The translations under genes were made by a program, and so were the position numbers. Shown piece by piece: positions 1 to 14,100 of a stretch of 64,000 nucleotides of DNA (positions are counted from its first letter, which is position 1; the number at the start of each line of letters is the position of its first letter). The stretch covers positions 76,942,001-77,006,000 of the forward strand of contig NW_027266275.1 in the NCBI RefSeq assembly GCF_022045235.1, given 5' to 3'. The notes under the pieces are model-generated. The model saw only the letters and a list, made by a program, of their open reading frames with translations, was not told the DNA's origin and ran no database searches. This DNA is from Haliotis cracherodii (taxonomy: Eukaryota).

Positions 1-304
1 CGTCTACATGATATAAATAACAAAATAAATAAACAAGGCTGCAAGTTAGACCTGTTACAAGTGCTTCTGATTCGGCCTGATGAATGAATATTACCATTTT
101 TGTGGAGCGACATTTCAATACCATATTTCGTAATAAAATACTGGCTCAAATACTGCATTCGCTACAACACTAGGAATATTTCAGGTAGTAATTTCTGTAT
201 AGCCAGTGTACTGTATTAGACATGATTACCATCTCTGGACAGTGCTCTCTTGGGCCTTGAGTGAGAATTTAAGATCTACACAACCATGTGGTGTTCATGT
301 GACC

Positions 305-460
305 CGACAATCTGGCTGTGTTTTAAGGCCAAGAATCTGGCTGCATTCTAAGGCCGAGAACATGGCTGTGTTCGAAGGCCGACAATCTGGCTGTGTTCTA
401 ATGCCGAGAATCTGGCTGTGTTCTAAGGCCGAGAATCTGGCTGCGTCCTAATGCCGAGAA
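305..460. repeat. 25-bp minisatellite, about 6 copies (gagaatctggctgtgttctaaggcc)
   Basis: Direct tandem copies visible. Confidence 0.85.
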
Positions 461-1191
461 TAAGGAACAGTTGCAAGAACCATATCTGACCATTGTTCCA
501 TCACTCTGTTTCTATTACACATTAACTATATTAAGGCCAAATCTTTTCCCTTTTTTTTGATAAAAAACAACTCATTGTAGCCTGGTTTGGGTTCTCATAA
601 ATATATTAAATCTAAAATCTGACAGCAGCATTTTTGTTGTCAAAGCGATCTTTACCATAAACAGGATTAAAAACACTTGTCGTTTACTGATAACGTTTTT
701 TTCTGAATTTTCTGTTTGTATGGTTGGTGGATCGGTAAACGATGCCAAGAAAATATATGGCCTTATTATAGTTGAAATATGACAACAGGCAGGGCAGCCT
801 CATGTTCCATGTATCCAGTCCCCTACAGTGAGTGCAGGCTAATATCCCGGTACACAGCAGTCATCCAAGAGAGGCACCTAATTCAGCTGCCACGCTTTTA
901 ATTTCTATGTTATTTCTCCCTTCATATAACTCTGTACTCACTAAGTATTTCAAAGATTTCATGAACCATTAGAAGCTGTGAAACTGGTAAAACCCTTTTT
1001 AATTTCTTATCGTCATGAAAACTGTTTACGACTGTTTGTACACATCACATGTTTGTCTTGAAGGAAGCTGGGAAATATTTCGTATCTACATCTGGTGGAC
1101 ATGTTTGTTCACGCTGGCGTTACACATCACAAACACAAGACGAGCAGTGGTCATAGTGTCTCATTACAAAAATATCAAATGAAATTAACAG

Positions 1192-1197
1192 TTTATT
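1192..1197 (-). terminator. Candidate polyadenylation signal AATAAA of PKA-RI (alternative at 1381-1386)
   Basis: AATAAA on the minus strand about 810 nt after the stop, followed by a U-rich tract (TGTTAATTTCATTTGATATTTTTG). Confidence 0.45.
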
Positions 1198-2008
1198 ACA
1201 AAAACTAAAATTACAAAGCAACTTTGCTGCCCATATAAATGAGAATTATTACTGATTGTGTTTGCTTGCTCTGCTGCTAATCCACAACTGATGTCATATT
1301 TTACACCTGGCCAAGGATAGTTATTTTCCTATAAAAAGAAATCCTCTCAAATTACATTCTTTTCATAAAAAGATGTCATATTTATTGTTTTCTAAATTTG
1401 ATTAAATGCATGCAAATCTTTACTGAGATTCAAACCCAGACAGTAACCCTGAGGTGGCTGTGCTCCACAAATCATTGTCTGACAGCTTGCAATCCTAAAC
1501 ATTATGTATTGTGACAAATCATTCAAAACCAGCTGCACTGACAGTATACTTACAACTATTTCAAACGTTTACCGTCATACAAACAAGACTTTTCATTGGC
1601 CAGGTGTTCCGTAAAATGGAATAGGGAAGAAGACAGGATACAAATATTTGGTTTTGACCATTCAACAAATATTACAGATATATAACAGACGGGGGAAAAA
1701 TTAAAGAGCAAAGGTTTCCTGAAATACATCAGTAGCTATTGTGGTGTTCTTTGGAATTAATATCATCGGTGTAAAACTCCAGTTTGGAGTCCTCAGATTT
1801 AGAACGTAACACTTTGGCCAAAACATAAAAACACTGTTCTTTATGAACATCATCTTATGGAACAATCTGTCTTAAGGAGAGTTTAAGTACACGCGACGAG
1901 TCATCAATGTTAGTAAATGGTTCCGCTGTTTTAAGACGGCGGCAAAACGGCCTGATGGGGACGCAGAAGCGACACACAGATCCCAGCATGCATCTGTGAC
2001 CTCTGACC

Positions 2009-2181
2009 TCAGACTGACAGAGATACGAAGCTGTTGTACTGAGAGATATTTCTTTTCAGGATGTCGGCACAGGGTCCAAGGACACGCTCAAAGCGTCCAC
2101 GATCCATTTTGACACATTTGAGAGGTCCTCGAGACACAACAGTTGCTGCTCTGGGTCGGTCCAGTAACAGGGCAATTTCAC
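2009..2181 (-). CDS. PRKAR1: PKA-RI last coding exon with cassette B ([57 protein letters not shown])
   Basis: ttttag|GT, 173 nt to the TGA stop. Confidence 0.97.
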
Positions 2182-5100
2182 CTAAAACAGGAACATCAAA
2201 CAAAAGTGAGCATTGTTAAATACAAAGAATACTACCTCTATAACATCAATGCCATCAATGCCATAAATCGTTTGGCTGTCATCACACTATAAAAAAATTA
2301 CATTTTCAACAGAAGTCCTCATTGCTGTTAACTATCCATAACTAGCTGAGATACAAATAGTATCTGCCCATCTGAACCAAGCAGCAATGAAGTCAGGATA
2401 CTTAACTTCTTTCCAACATCAACAGATGCAGAATATGTATACAACATATCAGATACAGAATATATACAACATACTACATGTTGAATATTTCTGACACTAA
2501 AATCTTCTGAAAATGTTGCCTGGACACAAGTTTTGGGCCTGTAGCATCAAATGTTTCTGGTAAAGACTGGCTGTATATCAAGGCCGCCTTCAAAGAGTGT
2601 AAGGAATCAAAGTTAAGGAAAGATAAGTGATCAGTTGTAACAGTTCGTGAGATCAGTCCATGCACCAAGCATGAGGCAGGACTACCAAACAACATGAGAT
2701 ACTGTGATTTGTTTTCGTTAAATAATTGGAAAATATTTTCTTTAAATAAATTTAAAATATTTATCAAAAACAGCTTCTAGTCGTAAGACTGATATGTATA
2801 TATTCATATAGTGCAACCAAACATGGCTCCAGAAATGAAAATTAATGTTACACACAGTAACGCACAATTCTCCTTGCAATAGGGATCACTGATCAGTTTC
2901 TTGGAGACAACATTTAGGATAATACGACAATTAGCATCCCTGTAATGTCCCTGGAAGGTGAGGGAAAAGATCCATCTTAACATCATTTCAAGCAGGAAAC
3001 AGGATTTCCAGGGACAACCTATCAATCAGCATATCACCATTTACTCAATCTAGAACCAGAAACATCACAATCACTCCACACATCTAGAACCAGAAACATA
3101 ACAAATTGGTGAGGATCTCCAATTCCAAACAGATGCGACAGCTATGAGACAATTATTTTCCTTACGCCTTATTAAGGAAGATGATGATGCTTGGTGATCC
3201 TGGCCCTATTATTACTATTCTGTGAGTGATCATAACCTTTCCGATTTGTATCTGGATCGTTATCAGGGACTAGGGTCGTTTCTGAGCAAACCTATTAGCA
3301 AGGACTAAATAGTGAGGTGGGCTTAATGTGTAAATAGATGCCTGACTTACCAAAGTAGTCGGATGTCCCAAGTCTGCCCACTTCTACTGGCTCTTCGTTG
3401 TCCGATCTTCTTTGTAAGACAGCAGCCTGACCCTACAGCAGTCAACGGAGATAACATGGTTTACAAGCAAAACAGACGTCTACATATAATTCTTCTATTA
3501 GATGCCCGGGCATCTTTTAATTTCAGGCAAGCCATTGACTCTGCATCTATTAGAGGCTGGTGTGTATTAGAAGCCCAGTGTCTATTCATGCTTGCACAGT
3601 GACAACTCACTCGCGACCTTACTGCAAGTCATACAAACGGTATATTTGCAACATTAAGTACCAACATAGACCGCATTACAGACCCTGCATCTTAATAGAG
3701 AACCGGCTTCTAGTTTTGGGACAGACGGCATGACCCGGCATCATTTAGAAGGTTCTATTGTCACCCAGGCTACTAAGTGCTGCACTGTCTATCTGGTTGA
3801 GCAGATGCTTTGACCGCAATGCCATTCGACTATGATAAAGGGAAATGTAACAGTCTGTAATAGTCCATTTGTTTCGATAGTTCAAAATGAAAACTCTCTC
3901 ACTTGGAGGACATACACTTTTCTAGAAAACAACTTGATTTTTGGTTGTAACTACGTTTCAAGGCCACTTGCTGCCCTTTCACCAGGTTATTGAACAAGTT
4001 GTTACCCATAAAGGTGTTATGTCTCCATGTTCTTCCAACTTCTTAATGCCAATCAAAGATTTCATTGTCACTCAGCTTATTTTTATATTTGACCTGTATT
4101 CATGCCCTGCAAAGACTTCCGTGACTATCAGAACGTCAGATAAACATTAGTTGAGTGTGAAGATAATTATGTGAACCTTAAAAAAACAGTTTTAACAGAG
4201 TTAAGATGTAGCTAGGTTTGATTTTTGGTTCCCATTGACAAAAACGAAACAAGATTACATTTGGAGATTTAATGTGGAACATAGTTACAAAAAATCCACA
4301 GAAACACCTTTTTAGTTCTGAAGGAAATAAAAAAATAAAAAACCGAAAAAAAGGATGTGTACAATGTTTATTTTCCAAGAAAAGTCTATCTAAATCCCAG
4401 CATATCCCCAAGAAAGATGTGACAAGTCTGTATATTAACTAAAGGTCAAAACATGCTGCTTAAGTCCATTCCTTGCTGTGACATTTGCATAATCAACGCC
4501 GCTCAATATCCAGTCAATCAGACTGATCGATCACACCAGTGCCATGGATAGCGCCAGGAAGTTACGCCATTTATACCCACACCAGAGGCAGCCTCCCTAC
4601 TCTATTACACTGGCTGAAAAATGCCATCACTACTGTTGAGTGTTTCATGATCACAGTCTCTGTCCTAATGCCGTAGTGTTAAACAAGCAAACCAAATAAC
4701 TGCAGAGACATTTTACATGTTCACCAAAATCCTACTCGGATGAAATTACACAAGTGCACTTAAAGCCATTTTTTAAAAACTTTGGCAGTGTTCAAGGTTG
4801 TTCTGAGTAATTTGATGACAGGTTGTTTGTCATCCTTCTAAAGCATGGGATAATGCTGTATTAAGAAAGACGATGAACCAGCCCAGGTCACAAGGTGCCA
4901 GAAGTTAGGCAGCAACCCTCACACTGCCTCATTCACATCACCTCCCCATCAAAACACACATCATTGTTTTGAACAGCCCAAAATAACAGTGCTTTTTTTC
5001 TATTTTAATCACTGACCTTTACCACGGTATGGTTTCCCTGACTGGGAAACCCATGTAGTGTTCAAATTGTGTTCTGCACAAATTCAGCTCATGAGGACAT

Positions 5101-8100
5101 AGTTACTAGAGCATTGATAATGTACTGAAGTTCTAGTCAAGCGAGATAGGAAGTTTGGATAAAATATAAGAGATAACGTTTTGTAAAGGGTGCATTGCAG
5201 TCCTCATTTAAAGCTCACCTGAACTCCTACGTCAAACAGTCGGACAAAAGCTCTTACCTCCAAAATGATGAAGAAATCTTCTCCTGGTTCACCTTGCCGG
5301 ACGATTTCTTCTCCGTCCTCGAACATGACTGGCTCCAGGGCATCTGCGACTGTGAGACGTTCCCACTTGTCCAGGTTCTCTGTCAGACACAACAGACAAA
5401 GTGTCCGGTAATGTCAAGCAGGCTCCCAACTATCTCCTTCACCCCGAAAATAGTCCCCTGATGCTTTTTCACAGACTGTTACAGACTTCTAAAATTATCA
5501 TTGGAGCAGATAGTGACTAAAGTGTGCTCAGGTAGCTGGAATATTGCTAAGTGCAACATCACACACACAAAGAGCAGAAGATTTATTTACATGTCATGTC
5601 TTTATTCCAATCTTGATTACCAGTCAACCGTCGTACCACATGGTTTATTAGCAGATATTCTTTTAAAGATTTACTTGAATTTATTTGAAAGCAGCAGTCG
5701 CTATATGCTGATGTGACATTAATTTTAACTCCCTGAAACAGCAGAAATTTCATTCTTACCAAGAATTGATACTTTCCCAAGAAATTCTTCATACATTTTC
5801 CTTTTCCTGATTGTGCTTCCCTGAAAGATATATATTCATAATAAAATATGTTTCATATAAGCAATGGCATACACTATGTGTTGTAGTAGGTTCACAAGGG
5901 GTACATGGGGTATTATGCATCCCACGTTAGGTTTTATACCACAAGACGGAGGCGAGCGGTATAAAACTTAACGAGGGACGCATATTACCTCATGTACCCC
6001 TCGTGATCCTGCTACAACTAATATATCTTACCGACATGTTTTAATATGACATTGTAAAAGAATTCAAACAAATTCAAAATTGATAGAAAATGGCTGTTTG
6101 ATTGAGCTGAGGTTAGTTTGATATGTCACGTGACTTCCATTGACTTGGGGAAAAAAACGTTCAACTTTTTGCTTTGAAGCAGGGTATAAGGGATCTATTC
6201 TGTGACTCAGAAATCCACATGCAGCCTGACTTGCTCGCGGCGGGGTATAAGAGATTTATTCCCCCGCTGAGAAATTTATTACCCTCTAATGCGGGTTACA
6301 CCGTATTTTATCAAGATAACGTGGACCAATCAGATCTCATCATTCTGACATGGAGGTATGACAAATGTTTCAGTCTGACAATGTATTCACTGTGTGCATG
6401 TTTTGTGTAGAGTACAATCATTGTGGAGCATATATCCACAGTGATGGAGTACAAGGATTGTAACAGTGATGGAGTACAATGATTGAGATAGAGAACAATG
6501 ATTGTAACAGTGATGGAGTACAATGATTGAGATGGAGTACAATAATTGTAACAGTAATGGAGTAAAATGGTAACAGTGATTGAGTACAATGGTTGAGATG
6601 GAACACAATGATTGTAACAGTGACAGAGTACAATGACTGTAACAGTGATGAAGTACAATGGTTGTAACAGAGATGGAGTACAATGATTGAGATGAAGTAC
6701 AATGATTGTAACAGTGATGGTATACAGTGATTGTAACTGTGATGGAATACAATGATTGTAACAGTGACAGAGTACAATGATTGTAACAGTGACAGAGTAC
6801 AATGATTGAGATTGTGTACAATGATTGTAACAGTGAGGGAGTACAATGATTGTAACAGTGACAGAGTACAATGATTGAGATGTACAATGATTGTAACAGT
6901 GATGGAGTACAATGATTGAGATGGAACACAATGATTGTAACAGTGACAGAGTACAATGACTGTAACAGTGATGAAGTACAATGGTTGTAACAGAGATGGA
7001 GTACAATGGTTGTAACAGTGATGGAGTACAATGGTTATAACAGTGACGGAGTACAATGGCTGTAAGAGTGATGGAGTACAATGGTTGTAACAGTGATGGA
7101 GTACAATGGTTGTAACAGTGATGGAGTACAATGATTGTAAGAGTGACGAGTACAATGGTTGTAACAGTGACGGAGTACAAAGGTTGTAAGAGTGACGGAG
7201 TACAATGGTTGTAAGAGTGATGGAGTACAATGATTGTAACAGTGATTGAGTACAATGGTTGAGATGGTGTACAATGGTTGTAAGAGTGATGGAGTACAAT
7301 GTTTGTAACAGTGCCGGAGTACAATGATTGTAAGAGTGACGGAGTACAATGGTTGTAACAGTGACGGAGTACAATGGTTGTAAGAGTGACGGAGTACAAT
7401 GGTTGTAACAGTGACGGAGTACAATGGTTGTAACAGTGATGGAGTACAATGGTTGTAACAGTGATGGAGTACAATGGTTGTAACAGTGATGGAGTACAAT
7501 GATTGTAAGAGTGACGAGTACAATGGTTGTAACAGTGACGGAGTACAAAGGTTGTAACAGTGATGGAGTACAATGGTTGTAACAGTGATGGAGTACAATG
7601 GTTGTAACAGTGATGGAGTACAATGGTTGTAACAGTGATGGAGTACTCACCATGAGAATTCTCCTGTAGCTGTCTCGGTCTATTCCCCATAGTTTCACAT
7701 CACTCTTGGCCTGGAACAGAAGGAGATGAGAAACGTTTACTTCACTTTCAAAACAAATCTATATGGCACATTTTATGGCACCTAATGTCAATAATTCCAG
7801 CATAAATGTTCAGGAAAACATAAATGGTAACTGACACTGACTCTTGGTTTCATTTAACACTTGAAGAAAAATATGTGAAGCTAGGTAAACACAAACAATA
7901 TGGTGGAAGATTGCAGTTTGTGAAAGACTTATCCAGGCTCAGCTACAACCCAATGGTGCTTTATGACAGTCAGCAATACTAAAGATCTATGTGTTTGGTC
8001 AACAGCCAGTCAAGATTCTAACAATCTAGTCATCTAGTCAACAGCCAGTCAATATAAGAAGTGTACCCAAGGGGAAAATAAGGAGAGTAGCTGTAACAAT

Positions 8101-11100
8101 GTAATAGGATGTTTCCTCACAACCGGGGGGGGGGGGGGGGGGGGGGGGCATGAAACAGGCTTGCCATTTATATAATCTTCTTCAATGTTTTGTGATGAAT
8201 GGATCCAGGCAGAATTAAGCCATAAGATGATCAAACGCACACATTTCATCTACTCTAAATATATTGTATCACTGTTTAGATACACAGCTATATCCACTAT
8301 CATCATTATTTTAAGTACAGATTGTTTTAAAGACAAATATTTAATGATGTGAAAAACATTTTTCAAAGTAACCAAACAAATTCAAGGACAAATGTATAAT
8401 CATTTGAAACTATTTTGACAATGCTTTAAAAAAACAACTAACATCATATGACCACAAAACCCCACATTAATTTACCTAAATACCTGCACTGCAATCTTGC
8501 CAAGAGCAACAAACTATTCATTTCCCTTCACGCAAGCACATCACCATCCAATATTACCTTTTTCAAAACCAATTACTTTTGACCTTAGGGGCATTTTAAC
8601 ATCTTACAGAACTGACAAAAAAACAGCTTTTGTCTCTTAGTTTACAAGGCAAGGAAAATTAAAGGACAGAAGAATCCAAGGCCTTCTAGCCCATAGCAGC
8701 GACCACACTTAAGACGGCAATTGCGAAGTGTTTATGGAAACGCTCTTCGACTACGCGATTAACTACGCAGTACTTCAAGAACCCAAGTAAGTTGACAACA
8801 TCGTTCTGGCTGGCTCGTGGCAAGTTGACACAACGCACTGTCCCATTACCCCCATCATTAGCACCCTATCTTCAGCCACAGACTTGCACACCATGCCACA
8901 ATTTATGTGACATTTGCTTAAGGACAAGGTGCTTCTAATCATGCAGCAATCTGGAAGTGCTTGGGCATGTTTGTCCACACTGGCCGTTTGCTCATACGCC
9001 CTTATCCTATCTGCCTATGTATCAATGTCCAGATGAAACATAATGAGAGCATATGCATCAATACTTTCGAGAAAATTGGGTATGGAATGTTTGTGTAACA
9101 GTATAAAAAACTGATCATGATTAGGTAATTGGTCTCAGACAGTATTAGAACAGAGTATTGGTAATTACTTTTTCTTAATATTTTCTCCTAATTAATGTAT
9201 GCAGGTTCATTGTATGGCATTCCAATAGATTTATTAGCTAAGCCTTTACGAGCAATGCAAGAGACACATATAAGTCTGACACCTTTTAAGAAAACTGTGG
9301 CCCCTTAGTTCTTGGATTTAATTAATTTTACTCAATAGTGCACTGATGACAACTTTCCAGCAATTACTGATTGTGGACATGATTCAATTCCACTGACCAG
9401 ACAATATCTTACAAAAGGCGAAAAAGGAAATGAGCATGAGCTTGAGAAGGTCAATAAGACCATCCAAGCCTAAAACAGGTAAACACGAACCTGAAGTATT
9501 TAGTGAGCCCGGTTGGAATGACAGTTCTGTATTGCCCCCAGCTAATGCTACCCTATGTCTTCAACAAGCCAGCAATTTGTTGTCAGCCTCTTGACTCTGC
9601 TCTGATCATAACTGAAGACATTATTGGTATCCTTCTGGAAGGACAATGACGCCAGAAGACCAAGACAAGGCTTCTTACTGTCAGAGAATCTCGGTCTGTA
9701 CAAAGCCGGGAAACCTAACTACCATGCCTTCAGTGTATTTTGGGCTGAACACAACCGGGTTACTTCACAGATAAGCTATTTTCTGGCTGCATGATGGCAT
9801 CTTCACAAATTATAATGATAGCCTCTACAAAGGTTTCTCTTCAAAACACAATGAACCTAATTTGTAATTTCTATTATGTTTGTTGGGTTTCAAGTTATTT
9901 TCGACAGCATTATATATACCTTCTCAAAAGAAAAGCATTGATTTCACAGTTACAAGGTGTAGCAGATAATTGATTTTGGACTCTTCCATTGTACATGAAG
10001 TAATGTTGGTTCTCACTGCTTAACAATAACATATCTGATATTGTTGAATGGCTAATCCTAAGTCTTAAAACTTGTTATTCCATTTCACATGGCTTCAAAA
10101 AGTAATTCGTAGAGTTTGTAGTCCTCATTAGTTGCAGCCCAGTTGACTGCCACTGAGCTGAGCACAGTACTTCCTGTGTACTGGACCAAAGATTATGAGA
10201 ACTGTATGGAAACCTCAACCACATTAAGGGTAGATTAGTATGGGAAACCTGCAACTATGTTAGTGAGTGAGTACGGTTTTACACCGCTTTTAGGAATATT
10301 CCAGCAATATCACAGCAGGGGATACCAGAAATGGGCTTCACACATTGTACCCATGTCGGGAATTGAACCCGTGTCTTCGGCATGACAAGCAAACGCTTAA
10401 ACCACTAGGCTACCCGACCACCCCTGCAACTATGTTAAATAATAGAAAAAAGATCAGTAAGAATATGTTATTTTCTTGCAATCAGATTTTCAGTAATAAT
10501 TCAAACTGAACCTGATAAAATCCCACAAATACTATCAGCTTGCTTGTTTCAATGAAGATTATATTCCATCAATGTTCAAAGAGAAAGATTTACATCGGCA
10601 GTCGACAACAATAAACGTCGGGACTTCACAATAATTTACCTTATATTGATTATTGTCTTCTCCTAGCTCATACAACCACAGAATCGATGTCATTGCATCA
10701 GTATCACTACAGTGGGCTTCAGGACATGAGAGAATTCTGAATTAACATCTTGAATTCAAAATCCCCCATTCTACAAAGTATAAGTCTCTCAAAGACCAAA
10801 CGTATCCACTTACTTAGTCAATTTATAGGACTAGGCAGTTCTTCTGAGATGTGCCAGTCAGTACTGTTGGCATCCTGCGGGCAAGACCCTAACAGTATCA
10901 GTACATTTACTGATACCACTGACACCAGTTACCCTACAAATTACAGATACTAGGTTGAGGTTACATCTTACCCAATCATCTGTGGTAAGGGTATGAGGTG
11001 ACTGGACTGACAATAGATACAAGATGTGTGTCACTAGGACAACACTCTAGAATAACTACTGTCACTTTGTACTAGAAATCCAGTCAAGGTAAATAGAATC

Positions 11101-14100
11101 TCAGACTGTAAGTTCTCTAGTTGTATTAAGGTCTTTCTGATCACATCCTTAATGAAACTGTGACTCCACCTTGCCATCATACATTCTCATTCCCACAGAC
11201 CTTCATCATGAATACCCATTACCACAAGCATAGTCGCCTTTTCCAGCAAGCATGGGTTGCTGAAGACCAATTCTGACCCAGATCTTAATGGGTGCATAGA
11301 AACCTGAAAATAATTGAGTCGGGACCAGACAAACCAGTGAAGGTATTACAAGCAACGTTCCCTGTTATCAGGGAATTATGAACTGCAATCAACCATCTCA
11401 CCAAGCATGACCACCCAATCCATTCACCCACCTCTTACGACAAGCATAGGTTGCTGTGGACCTATCCTCCACAGTGTTCTGCAGCGACTCACCTTGACTG
11501 TAGCTGCTCTGGGGGTTCCATAGATGAGGGCCAGTTCACCGAAACTCCCACCCTCACCTATTGTTGTTACATGCTCGCTATTCACATAGATCTGAAACAA
11601 AAAACACACTGTAAGACAGCAGCAAACAGATTATATTGGATTCCACAAACTGATTCAACTCATCCACTGAACGTATTGAATCCTTCCCAGTCTAATCATT
11701 GTCTTCCAGACCACTACTTTAGGATCAGAAATGAAAATTAACGAACAGTGTGTGAGTGTATGGGTTTTTGCTGCTTCTAGCAATATTCCTGAACTATCAC
11801 GGCAGGGGACACCCACAATGGGCTTCACATATTGTACCCGTGTGAGAAGCGATACTTTAACCACAAAGCTACCTCACCACACCTCGACAAACAGAGATTC
11901 CAACCAATACCATTCGTAAGTTTGCAACTAGGTTTCATAAGGGCACCTCTCCTGTACACATGACAGCCACAAGATATCAGTTTGCTGCAACATCATCAAG
12001 ATTAGGAGGAGACATGTTGCATATATGTGCGAGTTCTGCTCTGGAAATAAATAACAAATAGGAATGCATGCATAATCTTGAATGGTTTCTGTGTGTAATC
12101 CGGAGTACTGATACACGGAGGATAAAGTGGACTTGTACTGGGCGCTCTATGAGTGAGTGAGTGAGTGAGTGAGTGAGTATGGTTTTATGCCGCCTTTAGC
12201 AATATTCCAGCAATATCACAGCAAGGGTCACCAAAAATGGACTTCACACATTGTACTCATGTCGGGAATCGAACCCGGGTCTTCGGCGTGACGAGCTAAC
12301 ACTTTAACCACTAGGCTACCCGACCACCCCTGGCGCTCAATGAAGATGGCAGGAAATGATAATAAGGTCTGTGAGACACAAAACAGTTGACTGACCAGAA
12401 GGACGTGGTTACAGGTTAGGACATGGAACAGCCCTGACAGCAATACCAAGACACTGTCAGGCATCAAGATTTAACTTCTTAAATCAACTTACAGGACAAC
12501 TTACAGTTATAACTGAAGAACATCTATGGTTTCCCAAAGAAGGTTCCAGTAATTTTATGTCAAGGAGCTCCAATGACAGACTTTACAATTTCCTACCAGA
12601 CACAATCATTGCCATTGCTATGCAATGAACCCCAAATCTGGACAAAACACAGTCACTTCTTCCCTGCCCCTATGGTACAAGTGCTGGTCAATGACACATA
12701 TTTCACCCATTCAGAGCATTTATGTAGTTCCCGAGGGTAATCAAAACTAAACCTTGATGAAAATGAAGCAATTAGGGAAAAAAATAGGTATCTCATGCCG
12801 GAGCAGATGCTGAGGAGAAGTTGATGAAGAAAGTACAGCTAGACGGGGTCGGACATCTTTATCTATCAGGGTCAAAGGAAGAGTGGTTAGTTCCAGTTAG
12901 GTACTTCATGAGAAACGCTCATTGCTCCAAATGACCTTTTGGATGGAGAATAGGTGAATTAGTCTGGCTGATAGACTAAATAGTATTCAAACATTTTTAC
13001 TTTAGAAGCTGAATGAATGTTCATGTATTTAAGGAAATTGACTGACTAGTCTTTCTAGGGACGAGAGACAGTTGGATTTTAGCTGCTTTTAGCAATATCC
13101 CAGCAATATCATGGCAGGGGACAATAGAAATGGGATTCACACGTTGTAACCACCTGCTTTCTAGGAATGAAACGCAACAATCCTCCTGTGATAATCTGGT
13201 ATTGTCCTCTAGTTGGGTTAAATCTCATACGGGGGATGTTGCAATATCCCAGGGATTTCATACATACAAGTTCCCCTGATACTGTAACATGTGAGTGTGC
13301 CTCACTAGAGACTTTATTTCTATTTGACCACAATCTACATAAGGAAATGTGAGGAATGACGTAAACTATAACCAAAAATGTCTTCCTTACATTTCAGTAC
13401 ACTGAACTTGCAACCATTGTATATGTAGCCAAGAAAAACCAAAAGGCTTCTAAGAATTTCTTTTTCAAGTCCATGTACGTATGCAAGAGATACCTGTTTC
13501 CTGAAGTTCATGATATATGTTGTTTCAGATTTGTTTTCAGTTCATAATAAGAAAAAACAAACCACTTCCTCTTTGCATTTTATGAGATTTAAAACCCTCG
13601 AACATGTTTTATCCTACAGTTTGAAACCCCCTTTGATGTCAATCAAGTGTGAAGGAGTATGTAAGAAACTGATTCTGGGTGTGTCACTTAGTGTTATTGT
13701 AGCGACCAGGAAAGAGCGTTTCCAAACTTGTGAAACGCTAATGTCACAAGTTTAGTTCCTAAATGTAATCTTAAAATCTCTTATCTTGCAGCACTGCCAA
13801 ACCCCCATGATTCTAAAGTCAATGACTTTCAAAAGAAATGCTTCCTAAGATCTGCCCTTCTCTCCAAGCAGCAATTGCTGTTGCCTGAAGACACGGCTCT
13901 ATGACCATCAGCTGCATGTTAAGCTCTCCATGCCTGATGGCTGTCGAGGCCCAGGGCAGGGTGACTTCCTTCTCCACACTGCCAATTGTCCTGAGTGGTT
14001 GGTAAGAGTCTGTATGGCAGTACATAAAGGTTACACTTGATTCACACTCATGGGGCTACTTTGAGTCTGGTCCACATATAGTAGTCAACATTTACTGAGG

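Noticed and set aside
6311-7698. Long ORFs of 187-459 aa as independent genes
   Set aside because: They are translations of the 25-bp minisatellite, open in all frames; only the first 20 codons of one belong to a real exon.
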